A stretch of DNA of 64,000 nt from Comamonadaceae bacterium UBA2121 (GTDB lineage: Bacteria; Pseudomonadota; Gammaproteobacteria; Burkholderiales; Burkholderiaceae_C), in NCBI GenBank assembly GCA_002331385.1, contig DCYB01000008.1, forward strand, positions 9,100 through 73,099, in the 5' to 3' direction. Below are positions 22,992-33,844 of the stretch, piece by piece (positions within the stretch are counted from its first letter, which is position 1; the number at the start of each line of letters is the position of its first letter). Position numbers and translations under genes: made by a program. The notes below the pieces were generated by a model that was not told where the DNA came from, did no database searches, and saw nothing but the letters and a program-made list of their open reading frames with translations.

Positions 22992-23492
22992 CTATTCTGC
23001 CAGCGCGCAGTGCACCCGACGGGCGTTGAGCAAATCAACGCACACCTGCGGACTCAATTGCACGAGAAAACCGCGCCGTCCACCGTTGATGGCGATGCGC
23101 GGCAATTGCAGGATGCTCTCCTCGATGAACACCGGCATCGCCTTGCGCGTGCCAAAGGGCGAGGTGCCGCCCACCAGATAGCCACTGTGCCGATTGGCGA
23201 CGTCGGGCTTGCAGGGCTCGACGCTCTTGGCACCGATCTGACGCGCGAGGTTCTTGGTCGAAACTTTGCAGTCGCCATGCATGAGCACGATCAGCGGTTT
23301 CGCGTCCTGATCCTGCATGACCAGCGTCTTCACCACCATGTGCTCGTCCAGCCCCAGACTGGCGGCGCTGTGCTCCGTGCCGCCATGTTCGACATAGTCG
23401 TAGGGATGCTCGCTGAATTCCACGCGGTGGGAACGCAGCAACTGTGTCGCAGGAGTCTCGCTGACGTGCGCGGCCTTGTCCTTCTTGCCCAT
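22992..23492 (-). CDS. ybaK: Cys-tRNA(Pro) deacylase YbaK
   Basis: ETPAT, VVKTLV, GYLVGGTSPFG, INGGRRG. Confidence 0.92.
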   Translation of the reverse strand: MGKKDKAAHVSETPATQLLRSHRVEFSEHPYDYVEHGGTEHSAASLGLDEHMVVKTLVMQDQDAKPLIVLMHGDCKVSTKNLARQIGAKSVEPCKPDVANRHSGYLVGGTSPFGTRKAMPVFIEESILQLPRIAINGGRRGFLVQLSPQVCVDLLNARRVHCALAE

Positions 23493-23526
23493 GGTTCCCT
23501 TCAACCGTCGTTGCCAGCTTCCGGGC

Positions 23527-24588
23527 TCATTGCGCCGGATCGCGGTATTGCTTGCGGATGGCGTCGATGTCTTCGAGCACCTTGGGCGACAACTGCGTGC
23601 CCCAGACGTCGATGTCCTCGTCCAGTTGCGCCACGGTCGTGACACCCAGGATGGTGCTCGCCACTTGCCACTTGGTGTAGCAGAACGCCAGCGCCATCTG
23701 CGTGGGCGTGAGGCCATGGTCGCGCGCCAACTGGTTGTACAGACGCGCCACCTCAAGCGACTCCGCCCGACCCCAGCGCTGCTTGCGCATGGACTCGAAC
23801 AGCGCCAGCCGCCCTGCCGCCGGCGCATCTGGCCCGGTCGTGCCGCTGGCGTCGTACTTGCCGCTCAGCAGCCCATAGCCCAGCGGTGAATATGCCAGCA
23901 GCGAGATCTGCAGCCGGTGGCAGCTCTCATCCATGGCGTTTTCCCAACTCCGGTTCAGCAGCGCATACGGATTCTGCACGGACACCACGCGCGCCAGACC
24001 ATGCTGCTCGGCCAGTCGCACGAATTCGTGCACGCCGTACGGCGTCTCATTGGACAGTCCGATGTGCCGCACCTTGCCCGCACGCACCAAGCCGTCGAGC
24101 GCCTTGAGCTGCTCCAGGATGGGCGTTTCGCTGTGGTCCTTTTCCGGATTGAAATACATTTGCCCGAACGCAGGCACGTGGCGCTCGGGCCAGTGGATCT
24201 GATAGAGATCGATGACGTCGGTTTGCAGCCGCTTCAGACTGCCCTCGCACGAGGCCGTGATGTCGGCCGCCGTCATGCCTGCACCGGCACGAATCCACGG
24301 CGTGGCACGCGATGGCCCTGCCACCTTGCTGGCCAGCACCACGCGGTTGCGCATGCCCGGGCGGCGGGCGAACCAGTTGCCGATGATGGTTTCCGTCGCT
24401 CCGCAGGTTTCGGCGCGCGTGGGCACGGCGTACATCTCGGCAGTGTCGATGAAGTTCACTCCGCGCTCAACCGCGCGATCAAGAATGGCGTGCGCTGAGG
24501 CTTCATCGACCTGCTCGCCAAAGGTCATCGTGCCCAGACAAATGGGCGTGACTTTCAGGTCGCTTTGACCCAGGGAAATCAGATTCAT
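23527..24588 (-). CDS. Aldo/keto reductase (Tas-like)
   Basis: LGTMTFGEQ, DTAEMY, DLYQIHWP, IGLSNETP. Confidence 0.9.
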   Translation of the reverse strand: MNLISLGQSDLKVTPICLGTMTFGEQVDEASAHAILDRAVERGVNFIDTAEMYAVPTRAETCGATETIIGNWFARRPGMRNRVVLASKVAGPSRATPWIRAGAGMTAADITASCEGSLKRLQTDVIDLYQIHWPERHVPAFGQMYFNPEKDHSETPILEQLKALDGLVRAGKVRHIGLSNETPYGVHEFVRLAEQHGLARVVSVQNPYALLNRSWENAMDESCHRLQISLLAYSPLGYGLLSGKYDASGTTGPDAPAAGRLALFESMRKQRWGRAESLEVARLYNQLARDHGLTPTQMALAFCYTKWQVASTILGVTTVAQLDEDIDVWGTQLSPKVLEDIDAIRKQYRDPAQ

Positions 24589-24756
24589 GGTGTTCCAGTC
24601 AGACGCGGGAGTCGCACTCCGCGCGTTGCGTTCAAGGAAGGGGTGCGCGCAACGCGGCGCAGGCAGAAATCATAGTCAAGAAGTCCGCGGCGTGCAGGCC
24701 AACGCGGCGCGGGCTGCCACATCGGTGACAACGCCAGCGCACTTCGCCTCTACATA

Positions 24757-25692
24757 ATGCGGCGCATGTATATCGAAAAACGCCCCGCCCGCCTGCTCTC
24801 CGTTCCCGTGCGCAACATGCACTACAACGTGCGCGTGTGGGGTGATCCCGCTGCCGCACACACACAGCCGCCGTTGGTGATGGTGCATGGCTGGATGGAC
24901 GTTGGCGCGTCCTACCAGTTCGTGGTGGATGCGTTCAGCGATGCCTTCGCGCGCGACCGGCTCATCATCGCGCCCGACTGGCGTGGCTTCGGACACTCCA
25001 TGCCACCCCATGCCTGCGACCACTACGTGTTTGCCGACTATCTGGCCGATCTCGACCATTTGCTGGACCACTTCTCGCCCGATCGGCCCGTCGATCTGGC
25101 GGGCCACAGCATGGGCGGCAACGTCAGCATGATGTACGCCGGCGCGCGGCCCGAGCGCATTCGGCGCCTGGTGAATCTGGAAGGCTTTGGCCTCGCACCC
25201 AGCCAGCCGTCACAAGCACCCGGGCGCTACGCACGCTGGATGGACGAATTGCGCGCATACGAACGCGGCGACATGGCCCTGCGTCCGTATGACAGCGTGG
25301 ACGGCGTGGCGCAGCGCCTCATGAAAACCAACCCGCGCATCGCCCCCGACAAGGCGCAGTGGCTGGCGCAGCACTGGGCCGCGCCAGATGCTAACGGCAA
25401 ATGGTGGATTCTGGGTGCGCCCGCCCACAAGATCATCACGCCCATGCTGTTTCGCGCGGACGAAATGCTGGCGCTCTACGAAGCCATCACCGCCCCCGTG
25501 CTGTCGGTCGAGGCCGAAGAGAATCACATCGCCAAGTGGTCCTCGGGCAACTATTCGCTGGCGCAATACCACGAGCGCCTTGGGCACGTGCGCAACGCAC
25601 GCAGCGCCCGCGTGGACCATGCGGCACACATGCTTCACCACGATCAGCCAGAGGCCGTGGCACGCATCATCGAGGACTTCCTCACGCAGTGA
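24757..25692 (+). CDS. Alpha/beta hydrolase
   Basis: HGWMD oxyanion motif, GHSMG nucleophile elbow, HMLHH. Confidence 0.9.
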   Translation: MRRMYIEKRPARLLSVPVRNMHYNVRVWGDPAAAHTQPPLVMVHGWMDVGASYQFVVDAFSDAFARDRLIIAPDWRGFGHSMPPHACDHYVFADYLADLDHLLDHFSPDRPVDLAGHSMGGNVSMMYAGARPERIRRLVNLEGFGLAPSQPSQAPGRYARWMDELRAYERGDMALRPYDSVDGVAQRLMKTNPRIAPDKAQWLAQHWAAPDANGKWWILGAPAHKIITPMLFRADEMLALYEAITAPVLSVEAEENHIAKWSSGNYSLAQYHERLGHVRNARSARVDHAAHMLHHDQPEAVARIIEDFLTQ

Positions 25693-25713
25693 TTGCCGCC
25701 GCGCGGGCCGCGG

Positions 25714-27690
25714 TCACGCCGACAGGCTGAACTTCTCCGCCTCCACCGCGCTGCGCAGTGGCAGCGACACGCGCAGCACCGTGCCATCGGGGCCGGACTC
25801 GGCGCGGAACGTCGCCCCCAACCGCTGGCTGCGGGTTTCCATGCTGCGCACGCCCACGCTCAGCCCGGCCTGCTGCACCGCGCTCACATCAAAGCCCACC
25901 CCATCGTCGAACACCGCCAGCTCCAGCACGTCCGGGCTCGGCAACGAGCACACCACGCGCACATGGTGCGCCCGACTGTGCTTGATGACATTGGACAGCG
26001 CCTCCTCCAGCACACGGGTGAGTGCCAGGCACTGCAGCGCCGTCGGCTTGACGCCCCAATACGAAGGCACCTGCCATTCCGACGTCATGTCCAGATCGTC
26101 CAGGATGTTGGTGAAGCGATGGCGCAGCGGCGCCAGCCAGATCACTGGCGAGTCCGGCACCGTGGCGCCCGCGCTGGAGCCGTGATCGATCACCTGGCGC
26201 AGATCGTCCCGCAGCACCTTCAGCAGCGACATCACCCGGTTGGATTCCAGCGGCTGCGCAGACTGCTCCACGATCGCCATGGAGCGCACCAGACTCGCGC
26301 CCAGCCCATCGTGCAGATCGTGCGCAATTTCCAGCCGCTCCTGCGCCTTGGCGTGGCGCAGGCGCTGCTCATGCTCGCGCGTGAGAGCCATCTCCAGCTC
26401 CAGGCGCGCATCGTTCACTGCCACCGTCAACTCATCGTTGAAACGGGCGATGCGCCGCATCTGCGTCGCCAACTGCGTGCCCAGCAGCACCGCCATGAAG
26501 ATCGTCGCAATCGGCCCCGAGATGGAGGACCAGCTCTCACTGTGGCGCCAGCTCGCCAGCACGATGAACACATCGTGCGCACCCACGACGATGAACACGA
26601 ACCAGCAGGCCGCCAGGAGCAGATGGCGCGGCTCGCGCGTGCGCCATGCGTGCCACTGGAACTGGATGCAGTTGAGCATGAACACCGTGAACCCGGTCAT
26701 CCAGCCCACCACCACCGTTACGTTCAGGTGCTGACTCGGAATCAGCAGCGTGAGCAAGCACAGCCCCGCCACACCCAACCACAGCCCCTTTTGCAAGCGC
26801 GGCAAATGCTGCTGGCCAAATGTCCACGTGAACTGGCAGAAGCAGCCAACATAGATGACGAACAGCACGATGCTGGCGCGCGTCATGGTGAGCGAATTTT
26901 CAAACGGCCAGGAGTTGATCGACAAAATCGTGTAGAGGTAAAACACCCACGCCAGCGACATGAGCGCATACCAGCCATAGGCCCGTTCGCTGCGGTGGAT
27001 CAGGAAGATGACCAGAAAAATACACCCCACCGAGCCCGATAGCAGCGCCGTCACGAAGTACGCCGTGCGCTGACGCCACAGGCTGTTTTCGTAGCGCTCG
27101 CGCACCATCTCGGGCTTGCCGATGTAGAGCTGGCCCAGACCCGCCTGCTGCTGCGTCATGCCCGTCACACGAATCCAGAGCGTGTTGATGCCATCGTTGA
27201 AAGACGAGCGCGGCAATTGCCACCAGCGCGGCATGTTCCAACTGGCCGAGAGTGGCTGGATCAGCGAAGCGTCCGACCAGATCAGGTCCTTGTTGCTGTA
27301 CACCGCGCCAGCGACCGAAATGGCATTGATGCCCAATGCGACCGGCTCGATCAACCCTTCTGCGTTCCGGCAATCGCTGCGCCATTCCACGCGATACCAG
27401 GCCGTCAACATGCGGTCGCCCGCTTGCTCCCATTGGTGTGGCAAGTTGACCTGTTTCCAGCCCTGCGCGGGCGGATACGGATACGACTGCGCAACGCGCC
27501 CATTGAGCGATTTTTCTGGCTGGGGATCGAATGCCATCTGCGCCGTCAGGATGTACGGATGACACTCCTTGTCATCCCCCGATGCGGCCGCTGCCGCAGG
27601 CGCCGCCCACACAGGTTGCACGCAGGCGGACAGCAGCCAGCCCAGCGCCAGCAGCACCCACCACGCGCACCGCCGCGCCGGCACCATCAC
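25714..27690 (-). CDS. Membrane sensor histidine kinase (periplasmic plus multi-TM input, HisKA_3 type)
   Basis: DLHDGLG H-box, EEALSNVIKHS, DDGVGF. Confidence 0.88.
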   Translation of the reverse strand: MMVPARRCAWWVLLALGWLLSACVQPVWAAPAAAAASGDDKECHPYILTAQMAFDPQPEKSLNGRVAQSYPYPPAQGWKQVNLPHQWEQAGDRMLTAWYRVEWRSDCRNAEGLIEPVALGINAISVAGAVYSNKDLIWSDASLIQPLSASWNMPRWWQLPRSSFNDGINTLWIRVTGMTQQQAGLGQLYIGKPEMVRERYENSLWRQRTAYFVTALLSGSVGCIFLVIFLIHRSERAYGWYALMSLAWVFYLYTILSINSWPFENSLTMTRASIVLFVIYVGCFCQFTWTFGQQHLPRLQKGLWLGVAGLCLLTLLIPSQHLNVTVVVGWMTGFTVFMLNCIQFQWHAWRTREPRHLLLAACWFVFIVVGAHDVFIVLASWRHSESWSSISGPIATIFMAVLLGTQLATQMRRIARFNDELTVAVNDARLELEMALTREHEQRLRHAKAQERLEIAHDLHDGLGASLVRSMAIVEQSAQPLESNRVMSLLKVLRDDLRQVIDHGSSAGATVPDSPVIWLAPLRHRFTNILDDLDMTSEWQVPSYWGVKPTALQCLALTRVLEEALSNVIKHSRAHHVRVVCSLPSPDVLELAVFDDGVGFDVSAVQQAGLSVGVRSMETRSQRLGATFRAESGPDGTVLRVSLPLRSAVEAEKFSLSA

Positions 27691-28394
27691 GACAGCCAGC
27701 CCCGCGCCTTGGCCTCCTGCACGGCGCTCACACGCGACGACACGGCCAGCTTGCGATAAATGCGCTTGATATGGGTGTCCACCGTGAAGCGGGACAGCGA
27801 AACCCGCTCGGCAATCTCGCGATTGGTCATTCCATCAGCGACCAACTCCAGAATGGAACATTCACGCTGGCTCAGATCGTGCTCGTTGCGCGTGGTCTGG
27901 GGCGTGCTGGTGGCCGGGCTGACGGGCAGCAACTCCAGAATGCGCCGGGCAATGAACGGGTCGATGGGCGCGCCGCCACGCAACACGCTGCGAATGGACA
28001 GCGACACCTCCAGATCGTCGCGCTCCTTTAGCACATAGCCGGTCGCGCCCGCACGCAAGGCGCCCAGAATGGCTTCTTCCGAGCTCCACGCCGACACCAC
28101 CAGAATGCCCGGAGAAGGCTCCAGCACGCGCAATTCCTCGATCAACGAGCGTCCGTTGCCATCCGGTAACTCCAGATCCACCAGCGCCAGCGCTACCGTG
28201 CGTGTGGCCAACAGATCACGTGCCGCCTTCAGCGACTCCGCCATGAGCAATTCCGAAGGCGCATAGCCCAACTGGATCAGCACCTGCTGCAGCCGCCGTT
28301 GCAGCAACGGCTCGTCCTCCACGACGAGGACCGGCGAAGGCAACGCATCGCCGCTGCCGGACGACATCGAAAGATTGTCTTGAGGAAACGCCAT
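27687..28394 (-). CDS. NarL/LuxR-family response regulator
   Basis: VEDE, VDLELPDG, LSQRECSILELVADGMTNREIA; overlaps the kinase start. Confidence 0.92.
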   Translation of the reverse strand: MAFPQDNLSMSSGSGDALPSPVLVVEDEPLLQRRLQQVLIQLGYAPSELLMAESLKAARDLLATRTVALALVDLELPDGNGRSLIEELRVLEPSPGILVVSAWSSEEAILGALRAGATGYVLKERDDLEVSLSIRSVLRGGAPIDPFIARRILELLPVSPATSTPQTTRNEHDLSQRECSILELVADGMTNREIAERVSLSRFTVDTHIKRIYRKLAVSSRVSAVQEAKARGWLS

Positions 28395-28681
28395 GAGGAA
28401 AAAATACTGTTTGCCGCGAACGATAGGAATATTAGTTCACATCTGGTCGCATTCAGCAACAAAAATAACAATCTCGCTGAAAGTCAGAAACTACACATTC
28501 TTCCGCTTGTAGAAGCACTTACTCACACCCCACAACGCCGCTGATAGCCCGGCGCGGCCCGGCGCACTCAACAAAACACTGTCCGCGCAAGCACATACCG
28601 GCGCCGCACGAAGGCGCACTCCCATCCATGAGAAAATAACGAGTTATCTAACAAGACACCCGAATCCCAGGAAAGCCCAAC

Positions 28682-29786
28682 ATGGAAGCAGAACGCATCA
28701 ACCAGATCGGCGCCACCCTCGAAGACCTGTCCGAGCGGACCAAGGAACTTCGGAGGTATCTTTGACTACGATGCCAAGTTTGAACGGCTTCGCACAGTAA
28801 ACGCATCGCTCGAGGATCCCAACGTCTGGAACGATCCCAAGAAGGCGCAGGAACTCGGCAAGGAGAAGAAATCCCTCGACTCCGTCGTGCTGACGCTGCA
28901 AAAGCTCACCAGCGAGCTTGCCGACAACTCCGAGCTCTACGAGATGAGCTACGAGGATGACGACGAGTCCGCGATCGAAGCCATCGCCGCCGAGACCGAA
29001 AAGCTGCAACCGCTGATCGAAGAGCTCGAATTCCGCCGCATGTTCAATCAGGAAGCAGACTCGCTGAACTGCTTCATCGACATCCAGGCCGGTGCCGGCG
29101 GGACCGAGGCCTGCGACTGGGCCGGCATGCTGCTGCGCCAATACCTGCGCTACGCCGAACGCAAAGACTTCAAGGCCACGGTGGAAGAAGAAACGCCGGG
29201 CGATATTGCGGGCATCAAAAGCGCCACGATCAAGGTGGAAGGCGAATACGCCTATGGCCTGCTGCGCACCGAAACCGGCGTGCACCGTCTGGTGCGCAAA
29301 TCGCCGTTCGACTCGTCGGGCGGTCGCCACACCTCGTTCGCCTCACTGTTCGTGTATCCGGAAATTGATGATTCGATCGAAATCAACATCAATCCTGCCG
29401 ACGTGCGCACCGACACCTACCGCGCATCGGGCGCCGGCGGTCAGCACATCAACAAGACCGACTCCGCGGTGCGTTTGACGCACGTCCCCACCGGGATCGT
29501 CGTCCAGTGTCAGGATGGCCGCAGCCAGCACAGCAACCGCGACGTGGCCTGGCAACGTCTGCGCTCGCGCCTGTATGACTACGAAATGCGCAAACGCATG
29601 GAAGAGCAGCAGAAACTGGAAGACACCAAGACCGATGTGGGCTGGGGCCATCAGATCCGCTCCTACGTGCTGGACAACAGCCGCATCAAGGACCTTCGCA
29701 CCAACGTCGAAGTCTCCGCCACACAGAAGGTGCTGGACGGGGATCTCGACGTCTTCATCGAAGCCTCCCTCAAACAGGGCGTTTGA
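28682..29786 (+). CDS. prfB: Peptide chain release factor 2 (programmed +1 frameshift)
   Basis: ATG 28682; codon 27 CTT then TGA C; +1 frame continues to SPF, GGQ motifs and stop at 29786. Confidence 0.95.
28752..28766 (+). promoter_or_regulatory. prfB frameshift cassette
   Basis: Internal SD GGAGG, then TAT CTT TGA C. Confidence 0.93.
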
Positions 29787-29849
29787 TGCATCCGGGCCGC
29801 CACTGCGCGGCCCGCTTCATCTGCTCAACTCAAGGAAAGAACCCAAGCC

Positions 29850-32543
29850 ATGATGAGAGAAGGACAAGCCACAGCGATTCAGCGCCTGGACTACACCGCT
29901 CCGGCATTCTGGATCGACACGGTGGACCTCACATTCGATCTCGATCCGGCCAAGACCCGCGTGCTCAACAAAATGCGCATCCGCCGCAATCTGGACGTGC
30001 CCGCGCAACCGCTGCGCCTCGATGGCGAAGAGCTGAACCTCGCGCGCGTGATGGTGAACGGCGGCGGCACCTCGTTCAAGATGGAAGACAACCAGCTCGT
30101 GCTGGAGAACCTGCCCGAGGGCGACGCGCCGATCGATCTGGAGATCTTCACCACCTGCGCACCGGCCAAGAACACCCAACTGTCGGGCCTCTACGTGAGC
30201 CACGACACCTTCTTCACGCAATGCGAAGCCGAAGGCTTTCGCCGCATCACCTATTTCCTCGACCGTCCCGACGTGATGGCGAGCTATACCGTCACGCTGC
30301 GCGCCAACAAGGCGCTCTACCCTGTGCTGCTGTCCAACGGCAATCTGGTGGAAAGCGGCGATCTGGAAGACGGCCGCCACTTCGCCAAGTGGGCCGATCC
30401 GCACAAGAAGCCCAGCTACCTGTTCGCGCTGGTGGCAGGCAAGCTCGTGGCGCGCGAGCAGCAGATCAAGAGCCGCGCAGGCAACAACCACCTGCTGCAG
30501 GTTTTCGTGCGACCCGGCGATCTGGAAAAAACCGAGCACGCGATGAACTCGCTCATGGCCTCCGTGGCATGGGACGAAGCACGCTTTGGCCTCTCGCTCG
30601 ACCTGGACCGCTTCATGATCGTCGCCACCAGCGACTTCAACATGGGCGCGATGGAAAACAAGGGCCTGAACATCTTCAACACCAAGTACGTGCTCGCCAG
30701 CCAGTCCACCGCCACGGACGTGGACTACGCGAACATCGAATCGGTGGTGGGCCACGAATACTTCCACAACTGGACCGGTAACCGCATCACCTGCCGCGAC
30801 TGGTTCCAGCTCTCGCTCAAGGAAGGCCTGACCGTTTTCCGCGATCAGGAATTCAGCATGGACATGGCGGGCAGCGACTCCGCCCGTGCCGTCAAACGCA
30901 TCGAAGACGTGCGCGTGCTGCGCACCGTGCAGTTCCCCGAAGACGCCGGCCCCATGGCCCACCCGGTGCGCCCCGACAGCTACGTGGAAATCAACAATTT
31001 CTACACCGTCACCATCTACGAAAAAGGTGCGGAAGTCGTGCGCATGCAGCACAACCTCGTCGGCCGCGACGGCTTTGCGCAAGGCATGAAGCTGTATTTC
31101 GAGCGCCACGACGGCCACGCCGTGACCTGCGACGACTTCGTACAGGCCATGGCCGACGCCAACCTCGACAGCCCGCTCGCCCACCACCTTGAACCCTTCA
31201 AGCGCTGGTACAGCCAGGCTGGCACGCCGCGCGTGCGCGCCGAAGGCCAGTACAACGCGGACGCCCGCACGTACACGCTGACGCTGTCGCAAAGCTGCCC
31301 CGCCACACCGGGCCAGCCCACCAAGCAGCCATTCGTCATTCCGGTGTCGCTCGGCCTGCTGGGCGCCGATGGCCGCGCCATCGCACTGCAACAAAAAGGT
31401 GACAGCGAAGCCAGCGGCACGCAAGGCACCATCGTGCTGACCGAGCCCAGCATGAGCATCACCTTCGCCAACGTCGATTCGCGCCCCGTTCCCTCCCTGC
31501 TGCGCGGATTCAGCGCGCCGGTGATTCTGGAGTGCGACTTCAGCGACGCCGACCTGCTCAACCTGCTCGCACACGACACCGACCCGTTCAACCGCTGGGA
31601 AGCCGGGCAACGACTGGCCCTGCGCCTGGCGACAGCCGCCATCCAGGCGCCTGGCGAATGGCAGCAGCCCCTGCTGCCCCCCGAGTTCCTCCAGGCCATG
31701 CGCGACGTGCTGCGCAACCCGGCGCTGGACGCCGCGTTCAAGGAACTGGTGCTCACCCTGCCCTCGGAAGCCTATATCGCCGAACAACTCGACGAGGTCG
31801 ACCCCCAGCGCATCCACGCCGTGCGAGAGGCCATGCGCGCCGAGCTGGCGAGCGCCCTGCACGCCGACTGGATCTGGGCATACGAAGAACACCAGACACC
31901 CGGTGCCTACCGCCCCGATGCAGCCTCCGCCGGTCGCCGCGCGCTCGCCGGCCTGGCGCTCACCATGCTGTGTCTGGCCGCACGCCAGAGCGGCGACACG
32001 CTCTGGCCCGGCAAGACCTATCAGCGCTTCAAGGACGCGGGCAACATGACCGACCGCTTCGGCGCCCTCGCCGCGCTCGTCGGTAGCGACCACGAACTCG
32101 CCCAGCCTGCGCTACAGCGCTTTCACGCCATGTTCAGGGACGAGGCACTGGTGCTCGACAAATGGTTTGCGCTGCAAGCGGGCGCGCCCGACCGCAATGG
32201 CAACATCCTGCCCGCCGTGCGCGCGCTGATGACGCACGCTGACTTCCAGATCAAGAACCCCAACCGCGCACGCAGCGTCATCTTCAGCTACTGCAACGCC
32301 AACCCCGGCGCATTTCACCGCGCCGATGGCGCTGGCTACGCCTACTGGGCCGACCGCGTACTGGAGTTGGACACCTTCAATCCGCAGGTCGCATCGCGCC
32401 TCGCCCGCGCCATGGACCGCTGGCGCAAGCTCGCCGAGCCCTACCGCACGCTTGCGCGCGAAGCCATCGAGCGCGTTGCCGCACAAACCACGCTCAGCAA
32501 CGACGTACGCGAAGTCGTCACGCGCTCGCTGGCGGACGAATAA
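29850..32543 (+). CDS. pepN: Aminopeptidase N
   Basis: GAMENKGL and HEYFHNWTGN (M1 zinc motif). Confidence 0.96.
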   Translation: MMREGQATAIQRLDYTAPAFWIDTVDLTFDLDPAKTRVLNKMRIRRNLDVPAQPLRLDGEELNLARVMVNGGGTSFKMEDNQLVLENLPEGDAPIDLEIFTTCAPAKNTQLSGLYVSHDTFFTQCEAEGFRRITYFLDRPDVMASYTVTLRANKALYPVLLSNGNLVESGDLEDGRHFAKWADPHKKPSYLFALVAGKLVAREQQIKSRAGNNHLLQVFVRPGDLEKTEHAMNSLMASVAWDEARFGLSLDLDRFMIVATSDFNMGAMENKGLNIFNTKYVLASQSTATDVDYANIESVVGHEYFHNWTGNRITCRDWFQLSLKEGLTVFRDQEFSMDMAGSDSARAVKRIEDVRVLRTVQFPEDAGPMAHPVRPDSYVEINNFYTVTIYEKGAEVVRMQHNLVGRDGFAQGMKLYFERHDGHAVTCDDFVQAMADANLDSPLAHHLEPFKRWYSQAGTPRVRAEGQYNADARTYTLTLSQSCPATPGQPTKQPFVIPVSLGLLGADGRAIALQQKGDSEASGTQGTIVLTEPSMSITFANVDSRPVPSLLRGFSAPVILECDFSDADLLNLLAHDTDPFNRWEAGQRLALRLATAAIQAPGEWQQPLLPPEFLQAMRDVLRNPALDAAFKELVLTLPSEAYIAEQLDEVDPQRIHAVREAMRAELASALHADWIWAYEEHQTPGAYRPDAASAGRRALAGLALTMLCLAARQSGDTLWPGKTYQRFKDAGNMTDRFGALAALVGSDHELAQPALQRFHAMFRDEALVLDKWFALQAGAPDRNGNILPAVRALMTHADFQIKNPNRARSVIFSYCNANPGAFHRADGAGYAYWADRVLELDTFNPQVASRLARAMDRWRKLAEPYRTLAREAIERVAAQTTLSNDVREVVTRSLADE

Positions 32544-32588
32544 GCGCGGCGGCTCAGACAAGATTCAGGCATCAAGGAGTATTTCGAC

Positions 32589-33593
32589 ATGACACCTCGT
32601 ACCAGCCTCACACGCTATCTGGTTGAACAGCAGCGCGTCGACGGCCTCATCCCCCCGCAACTGCGCCTGCTGCTCGAAGTGGTCGCACGCGCCTGCAAGC
32701 GCATCAGCTTCGCCGTCAACAAAGGCGAGCTCGGTGACGTCATGGGCACCGCAGGCAGCGAAAACGTGCAAGGCGAAGTCCAGAAAAAACTGGACATCAT
32801 CGCCAACGAAACGCTGATCGAAGCCAACGAATGGGGCGGCCACCTCGCGGCCATGGCCTCCGAGGAAATGGAAGGCATCTACGTCGTGCCCAACCGCTAT
32901 CCTCAAGGTGAATACCTGTTGCTGTTCGATCCGCTTGACGGCTCCTCCAACATCGACGTGAACGTCTCCATCGGCACCATCTTCAGCGTGCTCAAGAAGC
33001 CCGACGGACACCCCGGCGTGCACGACAACGACTTCCTGCAACCCGGCACGCAGCAGGTTGCAGCGGGCTACTGCATCTACGGCCCGCAGACCACCCTCGT
33101 GCTCACCGTCGGTGACGGCGTCGCCATGTTCACGCTCGACCGCGAGCAAGGCTCCTTCGTCCTCACACGCGAAAACATCCGCATCCCCGAGGACACCAAG
33201 GAATTCGCGATCAACATGAGCAACATGCGCCACTGGGACGCCCCGGTCAAGCGCTACATCGACGAATGCCTCGCCGGCAAGGAAGGCCCGCGCGGCAAAG
33301 ACTTCAACATGCGCTGGATCGCCAGCATGGTGGCCGACGTACACCGCATCCTCATGCGCGGCGGTATCTTCATGTACCCTTGGGACAAGCGCGAACCCAA
33401 CAAGCCCGGCAAGCTGCGCCTGATGTACGAAGCCAACCCCATGGGCTGGCTCGTAGAACAAGCCGGTGGCGCCGCCACCAACGGCAAACAACGCATCATG
33501 GAGCTCCAACCCACCCAACTCCACGAGCGCGTCAGCGTCATCCTCGGCTCCAAAAACGAAGTCGAGCGAGTGACCAGCTACCACGCAGGGTAA
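32589..33593 (+). CDS. fbp: Fructose-1,6-bisphosphatase class 1
   Basis: [23 protein letters not shown]. Confidence 0.95.
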   Translation: MTPRTSLTRYLVEQQRVDGLIPPQLRLLLEVVARACKRISFAVNKGELGDVMGTAGSENVQGEVQKKLDIIANETLIEANEWGGHLAAMASEEMEGIYVVPNRYPQGEYLLLFDPLDGSSNIDVNVSIGTIFSVLKKPDGHPGVHDNDFLQPGTQQVAAGYCIYGPQTTLVLTVGDGVAMFTLDREQGSFVLTRENIRIPEDTKEFAINMSNMRHWDAPVKRYIDECLAGKEGPRGKDFNMRWIASMVADVHRILMRGGIFMYPWDKREPNKPGKLRLMYEANPMGWLVEQAGGAATNGKQRIMELQPTQLHERVSVILGSKNEVERVTSYHAG

Positions 33594-33616
33594 ACCGGTA
33601 TATAATCACAGTCTTC

Positions 33617-33692
33617 GCCGGTGTAGCTCAGTCGGTAGAGCAGCTCATTCGTAATGAGAAGGTCGCGTGTTCGATTCATGTCTCCGGCACCA
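33617..33692 (+). tRNA. tRNA-Thr(CGT), integration target
   Basis: 76-nt cloverleaf GCCGGTGTAGCTCAG...loop TTCGTAA...CCGGCACCA. Confidence 0.96.
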
Positions 33693-33693
33693 A
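33645..33693 (+). repeat. attL core: 49-bp direct repeat
   Basis: TCATTCGTAATGAGAAGGTCGCGTGTTCGATTCATGTCTCCGGCACCAA, identical at 41263-41311. Confidence 0.95.
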
Positions 33694-33700
33694 TACAGAT

Positions 33701-33739
33701 AAGGGTTCATTGCTATGAAAATAGTAGTGAACCCTTTTT
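33701..33739 (+). terminator. Element-supplied hairpin after tRNA-Thr
   Basis: AAGGGTTCA...TGAACCCTT followed by Ts. Confidence 0.65.
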
Positions 33740-33750
33740 CTATTGTGGGC

Positions 33751-33770
33751 CTGTAGGCAATCTGTAGGCA
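33751..33770. repeat. Putative integrase arm-type site (left)
   Basis: CTGTAGGCAATCTGTAGGCA, identical at 41114-41133. Confidence 0.7.
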
Positions 33771-33802
33771 CTTTGCCCAAATGCAGCACCAGCCCCGGCA
33801 AC

Positions 33803-33826
33803 AAAAAAGCCCCACGGCGGGGGCTT
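33803..33826 (-). terminator. Terminator of the element's minus-strand operon
   Basis: On the minus strand AAGCCCC-loop-GGGGCTT followed by a T-run. Confidence 0.7.
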
Positions 33827-33844
33827 GTCTGTGCGTAGGCGTGT

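Noticed and set aside
29817..32093. 758-aa minus-strand ORF, and similar long antisense ORFs over gltX, argG, fbp, the kinase and the ammonia-lyase
   Set aside because: They fully overlap well-supported genes and have no motifs; such ORFs are expected in high-GC coding DNA.
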